A DNA stretch of 64,000 nucleotides, from assembly GCF_009914755.1 (NCBI RefSeq), contig NC_060936.1; one strand, written 5' to 3'. Numbering within the stretch: position 1 is the first letter of the stretch; every line of letters starts with the position of its first letter. A model generated the notes under the pieces. That model was not told the origin of the DNA. It worked only from the letters and a program-made list of their open reading frames with translations, and did no database searches. Below are positions 20,616 to 49,004 of this stretch, in pieces. Source of the DNA: the human T2T-CHM13v2.0 reference genome, Homo sapiens. The position numbers and the translations under genes are program-made.

Positions 20616-22893
20616 GCATACACCGAACCAAGCCCTCTTTCTTCTCCTCCTTTTTTTCCTTTTTCTTCTTCAAAATTATTCTTTCTTTTCTTTCTTACTT
20701 TTTTTTTCTTTTTTTTTTTGAGACAAAATCTTGCTCTGTCATCCAGGCTGGAGTATAGGAGTGCGATCTCAGCTCACTGCAACCTCCCGCTCAAGAGATT
20801 CTCATGCCTCTGCCTCCCGAGTAGCTGGCGTTACAGGTGTGCCCCACTGCACCTGGCTAATTTTTTCTATTTTTAATAGAAATGGGATTTCACTGTGTTG
20901 GCCAGGCTGGTCTTGAACTCCTGGACTCAAGTGATCTGCCTGCCTCAGCCTCTCAAAATTCTGGGATTACATGCATGAGTCACCGCGCCCAGCCCAAAAT
21001 TATACATTCTTTTTATGGTAAGGAAATTAACCCAATGTCAGGGAATTATCTCCTAGTTTTATGTTTAGTCTTCCTACTAGTTCACGGTACTGGGACTTGT
21101 ACACGAATGAGCTCCATCCAGGCGCCTCCTCCACCGAAACGCTCATGGGTGCATCCCTGACGAGCCCAGGTGTGTCTAAGGAGGAGGCACCAGCGGGGAC
21201 CCGAAGGCACTCCAGGCAGGACACCACCACTGGGCTCACCTGAAGATGAGTAAAGGTGGGTCAGACCAGAAGTTGCCATCTGTGCATGGCCTCAGGCCCC
21301 CCTCCTCTTTGGACACCCTTTTATTATTAGCTTTGTGCCCACACAGCCCTCCCTTCAGGATCCTCAGGGGTCAGAGGGCTGTGGTTCGGGAAGTACCTAG
21401 GGTGGCAGTAGGTGGTGAGGCTGCTGCCCGGCAGGACTTTCCTCCCCTGCTGAGAGCCACCTTTCTTCCTGTCTACAGTCTGCGAGTGTTGTCCCCTGTG
21501 TGTCCCCAGACTGCACCCAACTGCTTGTTACAGACACCTTCCCTTCACCCCTTTGATTTTGCCTAGTGTTTCCCCTTCTTTAAATCACCTTGCCTGTCCT
21601 GGGACCCTTATAGCACTCGCTCTGCTGTCCTATGGTCCCCTCCCGAATCTGTGCTGTCCAGTGTCTGTGACCTCTGTAACACCCCACACCTCACTATCCA
21701 TGCTCCTCTCATGCTCTGCCATGCGGAGCTCCTCTTCCATAACACACACTCCACCGTTCTACAACACAGGCTTCAAATGGGCATTTCAGCAAAGTCCAAT
21801 GACCTTAATCTTAATCTGCATGCAGGATTTCCTTTTTTTTCTTTCTTTCTTCCTTTTTTTTTTTTGACAGAGTCTTGCTCTGTCTCCCAGGCTGGAGTGC
21901 AGTGGTGCAATCTTGACTCACTGCAACCTCTGCCTTCTGGGTTCAAGCGATTCTCATGCCTCAGCTTCCTGAATAGCTGGGACTACAGGTGCATGTCACC
22001 ATGTCCGGCTAATTTTTGTATTTTTAGTAGAGACGGGTTTTCACCACATTGGCCAGGCTGGTCTTGACCTCCTGACCTCAGGTGATCCACCCACCTCAGC
22101 CTCCCAAAGTGTTGGAATTACAGGCGTGAGCCACCATGCCTGGCCAGGATTTCCTTTCCATTCTTCAAAGGAACTATATCATTCATTCTCTCTTCTCCCA
22201 TCATCCCTCTCCAAGCCCACAGAACTCCCCAGCAGCTCTCCTCTGCCCCAATTCCTTCCTGTTAACTGAAGAAATTCGCCCTCTTCCCTCTCCTCCTACC
22301 ATCTCACTCAATGATATCAGCAGCTCTGGCACCATCCCTCCATTCTCCCTTCTACTAGATTGCTCCCAACAGCAGCCAGCTATGCTCCTAGTCTACTCTC
22401 CCTATGTCTAACTGTCCCTCTCCTCCCCCACAGCTACATCAGGCTGCTGTCCCACTTCTCAGCTCCCTGTCACAGCCACACTTCTCCAAAGAGTTGCCTG
22501 TCCCCACTGTTGAGGTTTTTCACCTCACATTCACTCAAGTGTTGATCATAGGTCTGCAAAGGGGCCTCTCATATTTTAATATGGGTTATTTGCTCCAGTA
22601 CACAAGCCTTCCTGTTATTTCCCCTCTCATCAGATGGACCCACTTTGACACATGACAAATCTGTATGGATTCTTGAAAATGTAGTGCTTTATTGTACCTT
22701 TTAAATTTATATAAAGGGTTTAGTCAGCTTTATTCAAATATAATTCACATATCATACAATTTGTCCACCTAAAGTATGCAAGTCAATAATGTTAGTATAG
22801 GCCGGGCGCAGTGGCTCAAGCCTGTAATCCCAGCACTTTGGGAGGCCGAGGTGGGTGGATCACGAGGTCAGGAGATCGAGACCATCCTGGCTA

Positions 22894-23194
<301 letters not shown>

Positions 23195-23619
23195 TCACTC
23201 TCCATGTCCCGAAAACCTCCCAGCCTTGGGCAACCACTGATTTACTTTCTGGATATTTCTTTTCTTTTTCTTTTTTCTGTTTTTTTTTTTGAGACAAGGT
23301 CTCATTCTGTCACCCAGACAGTGGTTTCTGGGTACAGTGGTGCCATCATAGCTCACTGCGACATTGAACTCCTCGCACAAGCAATCCTCCTACCTCAGTC
23401 TCCTGAGTAGCGGAGACCACAGGTGCACACCACCACACCCAGCTAGATTTTGTACTTAAAAAATTATTTTTGTAGAGATGGGGTTTTGCCATGTTGCCAA
23501 GCTGGTCTCAAACTCCTGGGCTCAAGTGATCTGCCCACCTCAGCCTCCCAAAGTGCTGGGATTACAGGCATGAGCCACCATGCATGGCCTATTCTGGATA
23601 TTTCACATAAATGAAATCA

Positions 23620-24836
<1,217 letters not shown>

Positions 24837-24984
24837 TAGCCAGGATAGTCTCGATCTCCTGACCTCGTGATCTGCCCGCCTTGGCCTCCCAAAGTGCTGG
24901 GATTACAGGCATGAGCCACCGCGCCCGGCCATGACTTCTTTAAAAATACATAAGCCTGGCCAACATAGCAAGAACTCATCTCTA

Positions 24985-25164
<180 letters not shown>

Positions 25165-25171
25165 TTAATTA

Positions 25172-25506
<335 letters not shown>

Positions 25507-25617
25507 TCACACCTGTAATCCCAACACTTTGGGAGCCTGAGGCGGGCAGATCACCTGAGTTTGAGGGTTCGAGACCAGCCTGACCAACATGGAGAAACCC
25601 TGTCTCTACTAAAATTA

Positions 25618-25770
<153 letters not shown>

Positions 25771-26106
25771 TCAGAAAAAAAAAAAAAAAAAGTGCCGCAT
25801 GTGGTGCCGCATGCGTGCAATTCCAGCACTTTGGGAGGCCGAGGTGGACAGATTGCTTGAGCTCAGGAGTTCAAGACCAGCCTGGCCAACATGGTGAAAA
25901 CCCGTCTCTACTAAAAAAAATACAAAATTAGCTGAGCGTGGTGGTGCATGCCTGTGGTCCCAGCTACTCTAGAGGCTGAGCAAGGGAGAATCACCTGGGT
26001 TCAGGAGGTCGAGGCTGCAGTGAGTCAACATTGGGCCCTGCACTCCAGCCTGGTGACAGAGTGAGACCCTGTCTCAAAAATAACAATCAACCAATAAATG
26101 AAATCA

Positions 26107-30200
<4,094 letters not shown>

Positions 30201-30409
30201 TGTTTCTGTTCTTGTTTTAGAGAGACAGGATCTCACTCAGTCACCCAGGCTGGAGTGCGGTAGTGTGATTGTAGCTCACTGTAACTTTGAACTCCTGGGC
30301 TCAAGCAATCCTCCTGCCTCAGCCTCCCAGGTAGCTAGGACTACAGGTACATGTCATCATAACTGGCTAATTTTTTTTATTTTTCATTTTTTTGGAGCGA
30401 TGGGGTCTC

Positions 30410-30420
30410 TCTATATATAT

Positions 30421-30455
<35 letters not shown>

Positions 30456-30479
30456 TAGATATATAAATATATATAAATA

Positions 30480-30496
<17 letters not shown>
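30410..30496. repeat. (TA)n/(GATA)n compound microsatellite
   Basis: Seen directly. Confidence 0.9.
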
Positions 30497-30522
<26 letters not shown>

Positions 30523-30920
30523 GAGACAGAGTTTCACTCTGTCATCCAGGCTGGAGAGCAGTGATGCGATCTTGGCTCACTGCAACCTCCACAACCTCCA
30601 CCTCCCAGGTTCAAGTGATCTTCCCACCTCAGCCTCCAGAATAGCTGGGATTGCAAGCAGGTGTCACCACATCCGACTAAATTTTTTTTTTTTGTATTTT
30701 TAGTAGAGACAGTGTTTCACCATGTTGGCCAGGCTGGTCTCAAACTCCTGACCTCAAGTGATCCACCTGCCTTGGCCTCCCAAATATATATATATATGTT
30801 ATTATACATATATATAAATGTCATGAAATATATATACATATACTTTTTTATAGGTATATATATTTTAAATTTTATAATTTAGATATATTTACATATATTT
30901 TCTTAATTTAAAAATTTTTA

Positions 30921-31026
30921 AAAATATGGAACACTTCAAAAATTTGCACATCATCCTTGTGCAGGGGCCATGCTAATCTTCTCTGTATTGTTCCAATTTT
31001 AGTATATGTGCTGCCAAAGAGAGCAC
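30921..31026 (-). pseudogene. Full-length U6 snRNA retro-pseudogene
   Basis: Reverse complement of 106-nt U6 (GTGCTC...ACAGAGAAGATTAGCATGGCCCCTG...TTCCATATTTT), mostly CpG-type substitutions. It sits inside an Alu, with no PSE/TATA context seen. Confidence 0.93.
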
Positions 31027-31419
31027 ACTGAGGCTGGTCTTGAACTCCTGGCCTCAAGTGATCTTCCCACCTTGGCCTCCCAGAGGACTGGGATTACAGA
31101 TGTGAGCCACCATACCCAGCCTTTCTCTGTTTTTTTCTTAATCAGTCTAGCCTTGTTGATCTTTTCAAAGGACCAACTATTCATTTTGTTGATTTTCTTT
31201 AGTGTTTTTCTGTTGCCTGTTTCATTAATTTAAACTCTAATATACGTTATTTCCTTCATTCTTCTTGCTTTAGGTTTAGTTTGCTCTTTTTCCAGTGTCT
31301 TAGGGTAGAAGTTTAGTTAATTGATTTGAGATCTCTCTACTTTTCAAATATAGGTGTTTACAGTTGTAGATTTTTTTTTTTTTTTGTATATGCTCCCATG
31401 AGGTTGAGAAAGTTGCCTT

Positions 31420-32540
<1,121 letters not shown>

Positions 32541-32760
32541 TCTATTCCTAGTCAGCTGAATTTTGCTTTTTTGTTTTGTTTTGTTTTGCTTTGTTTTGTT
32601 TTGTTTTGTTTGAGACAGAGTGCTGCTCTGTTGCCCAGACTGGAGTGCAGTAGTGCAATAATAGCTCACTGCAGACTTGACCTCCTGGGCTCAAGCAATC
32701 GTCCCATCTTAGCCCCCAGAGTAGCTGGGACTATAGACTTACACCACCACACACTGTTAA

Positions 32761-32898
<138 letters not shown>

Positions 32899-32910
32899 TG
32901 AATGTTTTTA

Positions 32911-33189
32911 CATGTTTAATATTTCTTATCTGAAATGCTTGGGACCAGAAGTGTTTTGGATTTCAGACTTTTTTTGGATTTTGGAATATTTGCATTATAC
33001 TTTATATGAGCATCCCTAATCAGAAAATCAAAATTCTGAAATGCTACAATAAGCATTTCCTTTGAGTGTCATGTCAGTACTCAAAAAGTTTCAGATTTTC
33101 AGACCAGTCAGGGTATGATAAGAAAAAAATACGTTTCAAATGTCAGAGCATTTCAGATTTTGGATTTTGCATTAGGGATGTTCAACCTA
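32911..33189. mobile_element. Tigger4/MER46-like DNA transposon
   Basis: aaatgcttgggaccagaagtgttttggatttcaga ... gggatgttcaaccta terminal motif. Confidence 0.65.
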
Positions 33190-33327
33190 CATTAGGAATG
33201 GATATTGGGGCCGGGCACAGTGGCTCATGCCTGTAATCCCAGCACTTTGGGAGGCCGAGGTGGGTGGATCACCTGACGTCAGGAGTTTGTAGAACAGCCT
33301 GGCCAACATGGTGAAACCACATCTCTA

Positions 33328-33609
<282 letters not shown>

Positions 33610-33716
33610 TTAGGACACCCAACACACTACACCAAAGGGAAAAGTCAAGCTGGGAACTGGGTCAGGCAAAACTGTCTCCCATTTTGTTCCTAAATAAGAT
33701 AGCTACAAAGATTTTA

Positions 33717-35697
<1,981 letters not shown>

Positions 35698-36374
35698 GCT
35701 ACATACCTTGCTCACAATTACCTACAAGGAAATTCTTTGTAGGCCCCAAGATCTTTACCCTAAAACAGCTCTGTTGAAATGTACCTTAACAATGTACATT
35801 GATAGCTTATCTTATCTTCACAGGTATGAGACAAAGGACAGAATTAAAAAGTCATCCCTCCGCTCATCTGAGACAAATGCATACCTGAATGCTTCCTCTG
35901 CCCTATGTTTATCTTATGTAAAAATGCGGATTCACTGAGCATGAGACAAACATCCAAGTGACTATCCCTCCACCCCGCCCACATGTAAAATGACAGTGAA
36001 CGGTCATCAGAGACTCAAAAGAAAACAACTGCTTGCCTCTTTTATCTATCCTCCCTTTTTTCTTTCTTCCTCTCTCCCCCAATGTCCACTCTTTCCCCTT
36101 CAAATATTGAGATCCCCAGACTGTCTTCAGAAAAGCGCACAGACCACAGATTTTTCCTGTGTTTCTGTATTCTTTTTCCAAGGTGTGTCCTTAACCTTGA
36201 CAAATAAACCTCTTAAAATGATTGAGACTCACCTTGGTCATTTTCTTTGAGTTACAATATATTGAATTACACTGATTAATTTTTAAAAATTAAACCAACA
36301 TTTGGCTGGGCACAGTGGCTCATGCCTGTAATCCCAGCACTTTGGGAGGCTGAGGCGGGCAGATCACGAGGTCA

Positions 36375-36636
<262 letters not shown>

Positions 36637-37777
36637 TTAGTCATGATGTATGTTTTTCTATACTGTTAGATCCAATTTGCTGCAACTGTTTTAAGGATTT
36701 TTGTATCTGTACCATGGTGGATATTGGTTTGTAGTTTTCTTGTAATGTCATTATCTGATTTTCATATTATATTCCTATTTGGTAGCACATTCTGGGCAAT
36801 AAGACATGTCTCAATAAATGTAAAAGGATGCAAATTATACAAAGTATGTTTTCTGACCAAAATGGCTTAAATTAGAAATCAGCAACAGAAGCTGGGCATG
36901 GTGGCTCACACCTGTAATCCTGGCACTTAGGGAGGCCAAGGCAGGCAGATTGCTTGAGCCCAGGAGTTTGACGACAGGTATGCACCACTGTGCTTGGCTG
37001 ATTTTTGTATTTTTTGTAGAGGTAGGGCTGAGTTTTTAAAATTAGCTGGGAATGGTAGTGCACACCTGTAGTCTTAACTACTCGGGAGGCTGAGGTGGGA
37101 GAATCACTTGAGCCCTGGAAGCTGAGATTTCAGTGAGCCAAAATCACACTGCTGCACTCTAGCCTCAGTGACAAGAGTGAGACCCTGTCCCAAAACAAAC
37201 AAACAATAACAGAAATATATCCGGACAGTTCCCAAATATTTGGAATCTGAAGAACACATTTCTAAATAAACCATAAATCAAAGAAATTAGAAGGGAAAAT
37301 AAAAAGTATTTTGAACCAAATGAAAATAAAGACAACATATCAAAATTTATGAGATAAAATGTATGGGATAAAACTGAAGTTGGGCCAGGAGTGGTGGCTC
37401 ACACCTGTAATCCCAGCACTTTGGGAGGCCTAGGCAGGCGGATCACTTGAACCCAGGGGTTCGAGACCAGCCTGGCCAACATGGTAAAACCCCATTTCTA
37501 CTAAAAATGTAAAAAAAAAAAAATTCTTTTTAAAGAAGAAGAAAAAGCCTGAAGCAGTACTTAGAAATTTATAGCACTGAATGCCTATAGTAGAAAAGAA
37601 GAAAAATCTATAACCAATGTCCTCAGCTTCCACCTTAACAAACTAGAAAAGAGGAGATTATACTCAAAATAAGCAGAATAAAGGAAATAATAGATTAAAG
37701 CAGAAATCAATTAAGTAGATAACAATAAAGACACCCAGTGAAACCAAGGTTGGTTCTTTGAGAAGATCAGTTGCAAT

Positions 37778-38779
<1,002 letters not shown>

Positions 38780-39267
38780 GCAATAAACCTCTCACTAAAA
38801 TGAACAGGAAGAAAAAAAAGGGAGAAAACACAAATAATTAATATCAGAAATGAAAAAAGTGACAATATAGGTTCTACAGAACTGAAAGGATAATAAGAAA
38901 ATAAGTTTATGTCAATAAGTGCTGAAACGTAGATGAAATAGACAAATTTCTGGACAGGTTTGGTGGCTCATGCCTGTAATCTCAGCTCTTGGGAGAGTGA
39001 AGCGGGAGGATCGCTTAAAGCCAGAAGTTTGAGACCAGTGTGGGCAACAAAGTAAGACCCCATTTCTACAAGAAAAAAAAAATAGCCAGGCTTGAAGCAT
39101 GCTCCTGTAGTCTCAGTTACTCAGGGAGCTGAGATGGAAGAATTGCCTGAGCCCAGGAGTTTGAGACCAGCCTGGGAGATAGAGTGAGACCCCATCTCAA
39201 AAAAAAAAGGAAAGAAAAGAGACTGTTTTTTTTTAACTGCTTCTTGTGGAACAGGGCTACCTCATAG

Positions 39268-39432
<165 letters not shown>

Positions 39433-39455
39433 TAAGCCACCAAAGCCTGGCTAGT

Positions 39456-40329
39456 TATATATACATACACATATATATAGGGGTGTGTGCATATATATAT
39501 ATACACACACACATACACACACATATGTGTATATATACATATACACACCTACACACATATATATGTGTATATATACATATACACACACATATATGTGTAT
39601 ATATACATATACATACATATGTGTATACACATGTATATGTGCACATATGTATACGTATATGCACATATACATACATATATGTATACATATATACACATAT
39701 ATGTGCATGTATGTATACGTATGTGCACATATGTACATGTGTATGCATAAATACATATATGTACATGTGTATACATAAATACACATATATGTACATGCGT
39801 GTACATAAATACACATATATGTACATGCGTATACATAAATACACATATATGTACATGTGTATACATATATACACATATATGTACATGCGTATACATATAT
39901 ACACATATGTACATGTGTGTACATAAATACACATATGTACATATGTGTACATAAATACACATATGTACATGTATACATATATACACATGTATGTACATGT
40001 ATATATATACACATGTATGTATACGTATATACACACATATATGTATATGTATATATACACACATATATGCATATGTATATACACACACATATGTGTATAT
40101 GTATATATGTATATATACACGTATATATGTATATATACGTATATATGTATACATACACGTATACATGTATATATGTATGTATATATGTGTGTATATATGC
40201 ATGTATACGTGTGTATGTATATATGTGTATGTATATATACGTATATACACGTATTATACACATATACGTATATATATACGTGTATATACACGCTTATATA
40301 CACGCGTATATACACGCGTATATATACAC

Positions 40330-40368
<39 letters not shown>
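39456..40368. repeat. ~0.9-kb alternating purine/pyrimidine (TA/CA/TG) compound array
   Basis: Seen directly; has a 30-nt periodic block at ~39751-39920 and a terminal (TG)n run. Confidence 0.97.
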
Positions 40369-40369
<1 letters not shown>

Positions 40370-40547
40370 TTTTTTTTTTGGTAGAGATGACGTTTTACCA
40401 TGTTGCCCAGGCTGGTCTCAAACTCCTGAGCTCAAAGCAATCCACCCACCTCAGCCTCCCAAAGTTCTGGGATTACAGGCGTGAGCCACCATGCCCGGCT
40501 GCCAAAACAAATTTCTTAACAGACAAAAACTACCAAAGTTTACCTAA

Positions 40548-40772
<225 letters not shown>

Positions 40773-41489
40773 TAGAGACGGGGTTTCACCATGTTAGCCA
40801 GGAAGGTCTCAATCTCCTGACCTCGTGATCCGCCCACCTTGGCCTCCCAAAGTGCTGGATTACAGGCGTGAGCCACCGCGCCCGGCCCTGAATAGCCATT
40901 ATCTATTAAAGAAATTGAATTTGTAGTTTAAATCTTCCCCCAGAGAAAATCTGTGTCAATACCTGCTGTACATAATCCTCAAATCTATTTACCCTGGTAG
41001 ATGGGGACAGCACCCAAACCACCTCCATTTGACATTAAAAAAACACTTCAACTCCTGAGCTAACTTTAAAATGTATGTTGTTATAAGAAAAGCTAAAAAT
41101 AACATGCTACAAATTAAGAAAGTGTGCGAGCTAATTATGTTGGCACCGGAGAATTTGCTAAAAATGAACTCCAGGAATATTTTCAAAAGTGGGTCATCAG
41201 ACTGACTGGACCCTTTAACATGTGGAAACTGGATCTAAAGAGCTGACAGAATTGCCTAGAAAAGAAACTACAGAATGATTGTATTTGTTGGGATGAAATA
41301 AAGAAATGTTAGCAGGCCAGGCGTGGTGGCTCACACCTGTAATCCCAGCACTTTGGGAGGCCGAGGAGGGCGGATCACGAGGTCAGGAGATGGAGACCAT
41401 CCTGGGTAACACGGTGAAACCCCGTCTCTACTAAAAATACAAAAAATTAGCCGGGCGTGGTGGCGGGCGCCTGTAGTCCCAGCTACTCA

Positions 41490-41651
<162 letters not shown>

Positions 41652-41826
41652 TCAGCTATAGTCCTAGCTACTTGGGAGGCTGAGGTGGGAGGATTGCTTG
41701 AGCCCAGGAGTTGGAGGCAGCAGTGGGCTATGATTGTGTCACTGCACTCCAGCCAGGGTAACAAAGCAAGACCCTGTCTCTAAAAAAAAAAAAAACAAAC
41801 AAAAAAAAACAAAAAAACCTTTTTGA

Positions 41827-41982
<156 letters not shown>

Positions 41983-42494
41983 TGAAAACACTGCCATCTT
42001 TATACAAAACCCAACCTCCAGCCGGGTGTGGTGGCTCACACCTGAAATCTCAGCACTTTGGGAGGCCGAGGCGGGCGGATCATCTGAGGTCGGGAGTTCC
42101 AGACCAGCCTGACCAACATGGAGAAACCCTGTCTCTACTAAAAATACAAAATTAGCCGGGCATGGTGGCACATGCCTGTAATCCCAGCTACTCAGGAAGG
42201 CTGAGGCAGGAGAATCACTTGAACCCGGGAGCTGGAGGTTGCTGTGAGCCTAGGCCACTGCACTCCAGCCTGGGCAACAAGAGCGAAACTCGGTCTCAAA
42301 AAACAAACAAACAAACAAAAACCCAACCTCCAAGTTCCTCCACTTAACATTTAAAAACTCTAGAAAGGAGGGTGGGTCGGCTGGGTGCAGTGGCTCATGC
42401 CTGTAATCCCAGCACTTTGGGAGGCCGAGGCGGGCAGATCAAGAGGTCAGGAGATTGGGACCATCAGTTGGTCCCAATTGGTCAGATTGGGCTA

Positions 42495-42734
<240 letters not shown>

Positions 42735-43340
42735 TCATCCCCCTCCCCTCCCCCTCTGTTATCAGCCACTCTCCCTGCTGCTCCTCTTCGAGTCCCAGGG
42801 GAACATCACTTACTCCTTTTTAGACTCTGGCCCATCATTTCCCTTAGCATAGCTAAGATGGGTTGGGAGATCCAAAAGGATGTTAGTTTAAATTTTTAAA
42901 GTACTGAACATACTCAGTACCAATGAACACATCTGGTGCCTAGATTGGGTTTTCTAAATACTGTTCTCTGCTAAAAGGAATCAGAGCTTTCTGAAGACCT
43001 GGTTGATCTCAAGACTGGGGCAGACAAGGAGAAAGATTAGCCTGAAACATTTTTGTTGTGCCAGGAAATAAGGCAGTGCTGGGAAAAAAAAAAAAAAAAA
43101 AAAGTAATGTTGGCTGGGTGCCGTGGCTCACGCCTGTAACGCCTGCACTTTGGGAGGCCAAGGTGGTTGGATCACTTGAGGTCAGGAGTTCGAGACCAGC
43201 CTGGCCAACATGGCGAAACCCCATCTCTACTAAAAATACAAAAATTGGCTGGGCGCGGTGTCTCACGCCTGTAATCCCAGCACTTTGGGAGGCCGAGATG
43301 GGCGGATCACGAGGTCAGGAGATCGAGACCATCCTGGCTA

Positions 43341-43691
<351 letters not shown>

Positions 43692-43868
43692 CTAGGTGAC
43701 AGAGCCAGACTGTGTCTCAAAAAAAAAAAGAAAAAAAGTAATGTCAAAAGACATGGAAGTGCCGGGTGACTCATGTCTGTAGTCGCAGCACTTCAGGAGG
43801 CCAAGGTGGGAGGATCACTTAAGGCCAGGAGTTGGAGACTGGCCTGGGCAACATAGTGAGATCCTGTC

Positions 43869-43870
<2 letters not shown>

Positions 43871-43902
<32 letters not shown>
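43871..43902. repeat. (CA)n microsatellite
   Basis: About 16 perfect CA units following an Alu left monomer. Confidence 0.9.
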
Positions 43903-43904
<2 letters not shown>

Positions 43905-44116
43905 TTTTTTAAAGGACATGGAAGCCAAATTAAAGGGGCTCCCTCCGGTCAAAACTGGAATAATTTGAGCATTAAAATAAGAACTGAAATTAATTATAAT
44001 CTATTGAATAAAACCAAAGTCCATATTGATAATACACATGAATGAAAAAGGAGTGGGGAGGGCTCTTTTTTATAGTCTAATGCCAAATGACAAAAATGGA
44101 GGGAATGCTGGAGTTA

Positions 44117-44284
<168 letters not shown>

Positions 44285-44500
44285 TTAAAAAAAAAAAAAA
44301 ATTAGCCGGGCGTGGTGTCATATGCCTGTAGTCCCAGCTACTCAGGAAGCTGAAGCAGGAGAATCACTTGAGCCCGGGAGTCAGAGGTTACAGTGAGCCG
44401 AGACTGCACCACTGCACTCCCGCCTTGGTGACAGAGCGAGACTCTGTCTCAATAAACAAACAAACAAACAATTGGCTAGGGTAAAATCATGAATGGATAC

Positions 44501-44966
44501 TGATGCAGGGCAGGCAAGCCCCATAGTAGGGCTTAGCCCATGAGGGTCTGTGGCTTCACCCAGGAAAGAGGGCAAGCTGGTGGTAGGGTAGAAGAAAACA
44601 GCCTTATTGAAGTGGCAGTGTTACAGCTCTGTGACTGCTCTGCAGAGCAGGGCTACCCCATCGGCAGTGTGCTGACAGTAGCCGCTTAGGGCAGTTTAGA
44701 GGTCATATTTACACCTCCTTTTAATTACAAGTAGATTAAGGAGTGGTTTATGCAGAAATTTCTAGAGAATTGGTAGTAACTTTTGGGTCATCGGGTCATC
44801 ACCATGGAAAAGGGTGGTAACTCCTAGGTATTGCCATGGCGATGGCACACTTGTGGGTGTGTGTCTTATGGAAAGCTGCTTCCGCCCCATTCCTGTTTTA
44901 GCTAGTCTTCAATTTGGTCCAGTGTCCAAGCCCTGCCTGTGGAATCAAGTCCCGCTTCCTACCTCA
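44501..44966 (-). mobile_element. ERV1 solo LTR (LTR9-like)
   Basis: On minus TGAGGTAGGAAGCGGGAC...GCATCA; 4-bp TSD ATAC at 44497-44500 and 44967-44970. Confidence 0.8.
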
Positions 44967-45394
44967 ATACTAAATCTAGGTGGGGAAAGTATGAAGCTGG
45001 GCAGGGTTATTTGCATGATCTCAAAGTGTCTCCCCACAGATTGTTTACAAATTGTTACAAGTTCACAAGTTACAAAATAGTAACTATATATCATGGAGAA
45101 ACCAGACAACATCATGAGCAAGTTTGACATTGATTAAATTAACATCACCAGTAAGGAGCAGGTAGACATTGTAGGGCTTGGGTAGGGCTTCCCCTTAAAA
45201 GAACACAACACAATTTATGTCATATTTCAGGTCAGATGCATAACCTAAACTCGGTCATGAGAAAACACCAGGAAAACACAAATTGATGAACATTCTATAA
45301 AATAGCTGGCCTGTATTTCTTTTTAATGCCAGTGTCATTAATGACAAAGAAAGGCTGAGGAACTATTTTAGATCAAAGGAGACAAAGAGCATGA

Positions 45395-46071
<677 letters not shown>

Positions 46072-46447
46072 TGAGAAATATGCATTATAGTATTAAGAGA
46101 TAAAGGGTCATAATATATGCACTGACTCTCACATGATTCAGAAAAAAATGAGTATAATGCATTTAGAGAGAGAATGACAAAGCAAATTTGTCAAAATGTG
46201 AGAAATGGATAAATCTGGGTAAAGAATATATAGGAGGTCTCTGTAACTAAGAATAATGACAAGAATGCAACTTTTCTATAAGTTTGAAATTATTTCAGAA
46301 TAAAAAGGTTTTGACTATAGTCCTCTGCTGTACCAGTTGAGTTATTGAAGGATGCTATAAAAAAGGTTTTTAAAAGGCACATAAACAGAAGAGAAACAGT
46401 CAAATGAGGACTAGGGTGTATAAGGACAGTTCCAAGTGGCCAGTTGA

Positions 46448-46690
<243 letters not shown>

Positions 46691-46849
46691 TGACCTTCCC
46701 AGGTCCCGGCCTTCCTCCCTGTGAAGGGCAACATCTTCCTTCCCCAGTCAAGGGGAGGCTGGTCCCTGGATCCTAGAGACTAGGATACTTTGATTCCTTT
46801 TGCTCTTACCGAAACCAAAACCAAAACCAAATGCCAACAAAAAACTATT

Positions 46850-48243
<1,394 letters not shown>

Positions 48244-48720
48244 ACTCTAACATTGCAACCCACTCAGGCGTTTCCAATGCCTTTATTTTCCTATTTGAGG
48301 GAAATATCATTTCCCCAGGCCAAGGGCAAGATGGGTGACTAAACCTGGAAATGGCCTCAACCTTCCTGCAAGTAGTAGATCCACAGCACATGGTTAATAA
48401 TTTATGCTATTAAGGTTAGGCTACTAAGGCTATTAAGGTGTACGGTCCTAACGGACACACCTATGAATTAGATATACCTGTCAACAGAAGCCGGTCAGAT
48501 CCATGGTTAAGAACCAGAATAAGATGGTCTGAGTTTAGTTTCTGACTCCACCACTTACAAGTTGTGTGACTGGCTGGGTGTGGCGGCTCTGCCTAGAATC
48601 CTGGCCCTTTGGAAGGTTGAGGCTGGAAGGTTGCTTTGAGCCCAGGAGTTTGAGACCAGCCTGGGCAACATAGCCAGACCCTGTCTCTATTTTATGTAGG
48701 AGGCTGAGGTAGGCGGATCA

Positions 48721-49004
<284 letters not shown>

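Noticed and set aside
39751-39920. 30-nt periodic repeat superficially resembling a CRISPR array
   Set aside because: No unique spacers and no cas genes; it is a eukaryotic minisatellite inside an Alu.
40950-41305. Unique-looking stretch ending in AATAAA, possibly an old retrocopy fragment
   Set aside because: No recognisable protein in the frames I translated, and no poly(A) tail or TSD. It cannot be supported without BLAST.
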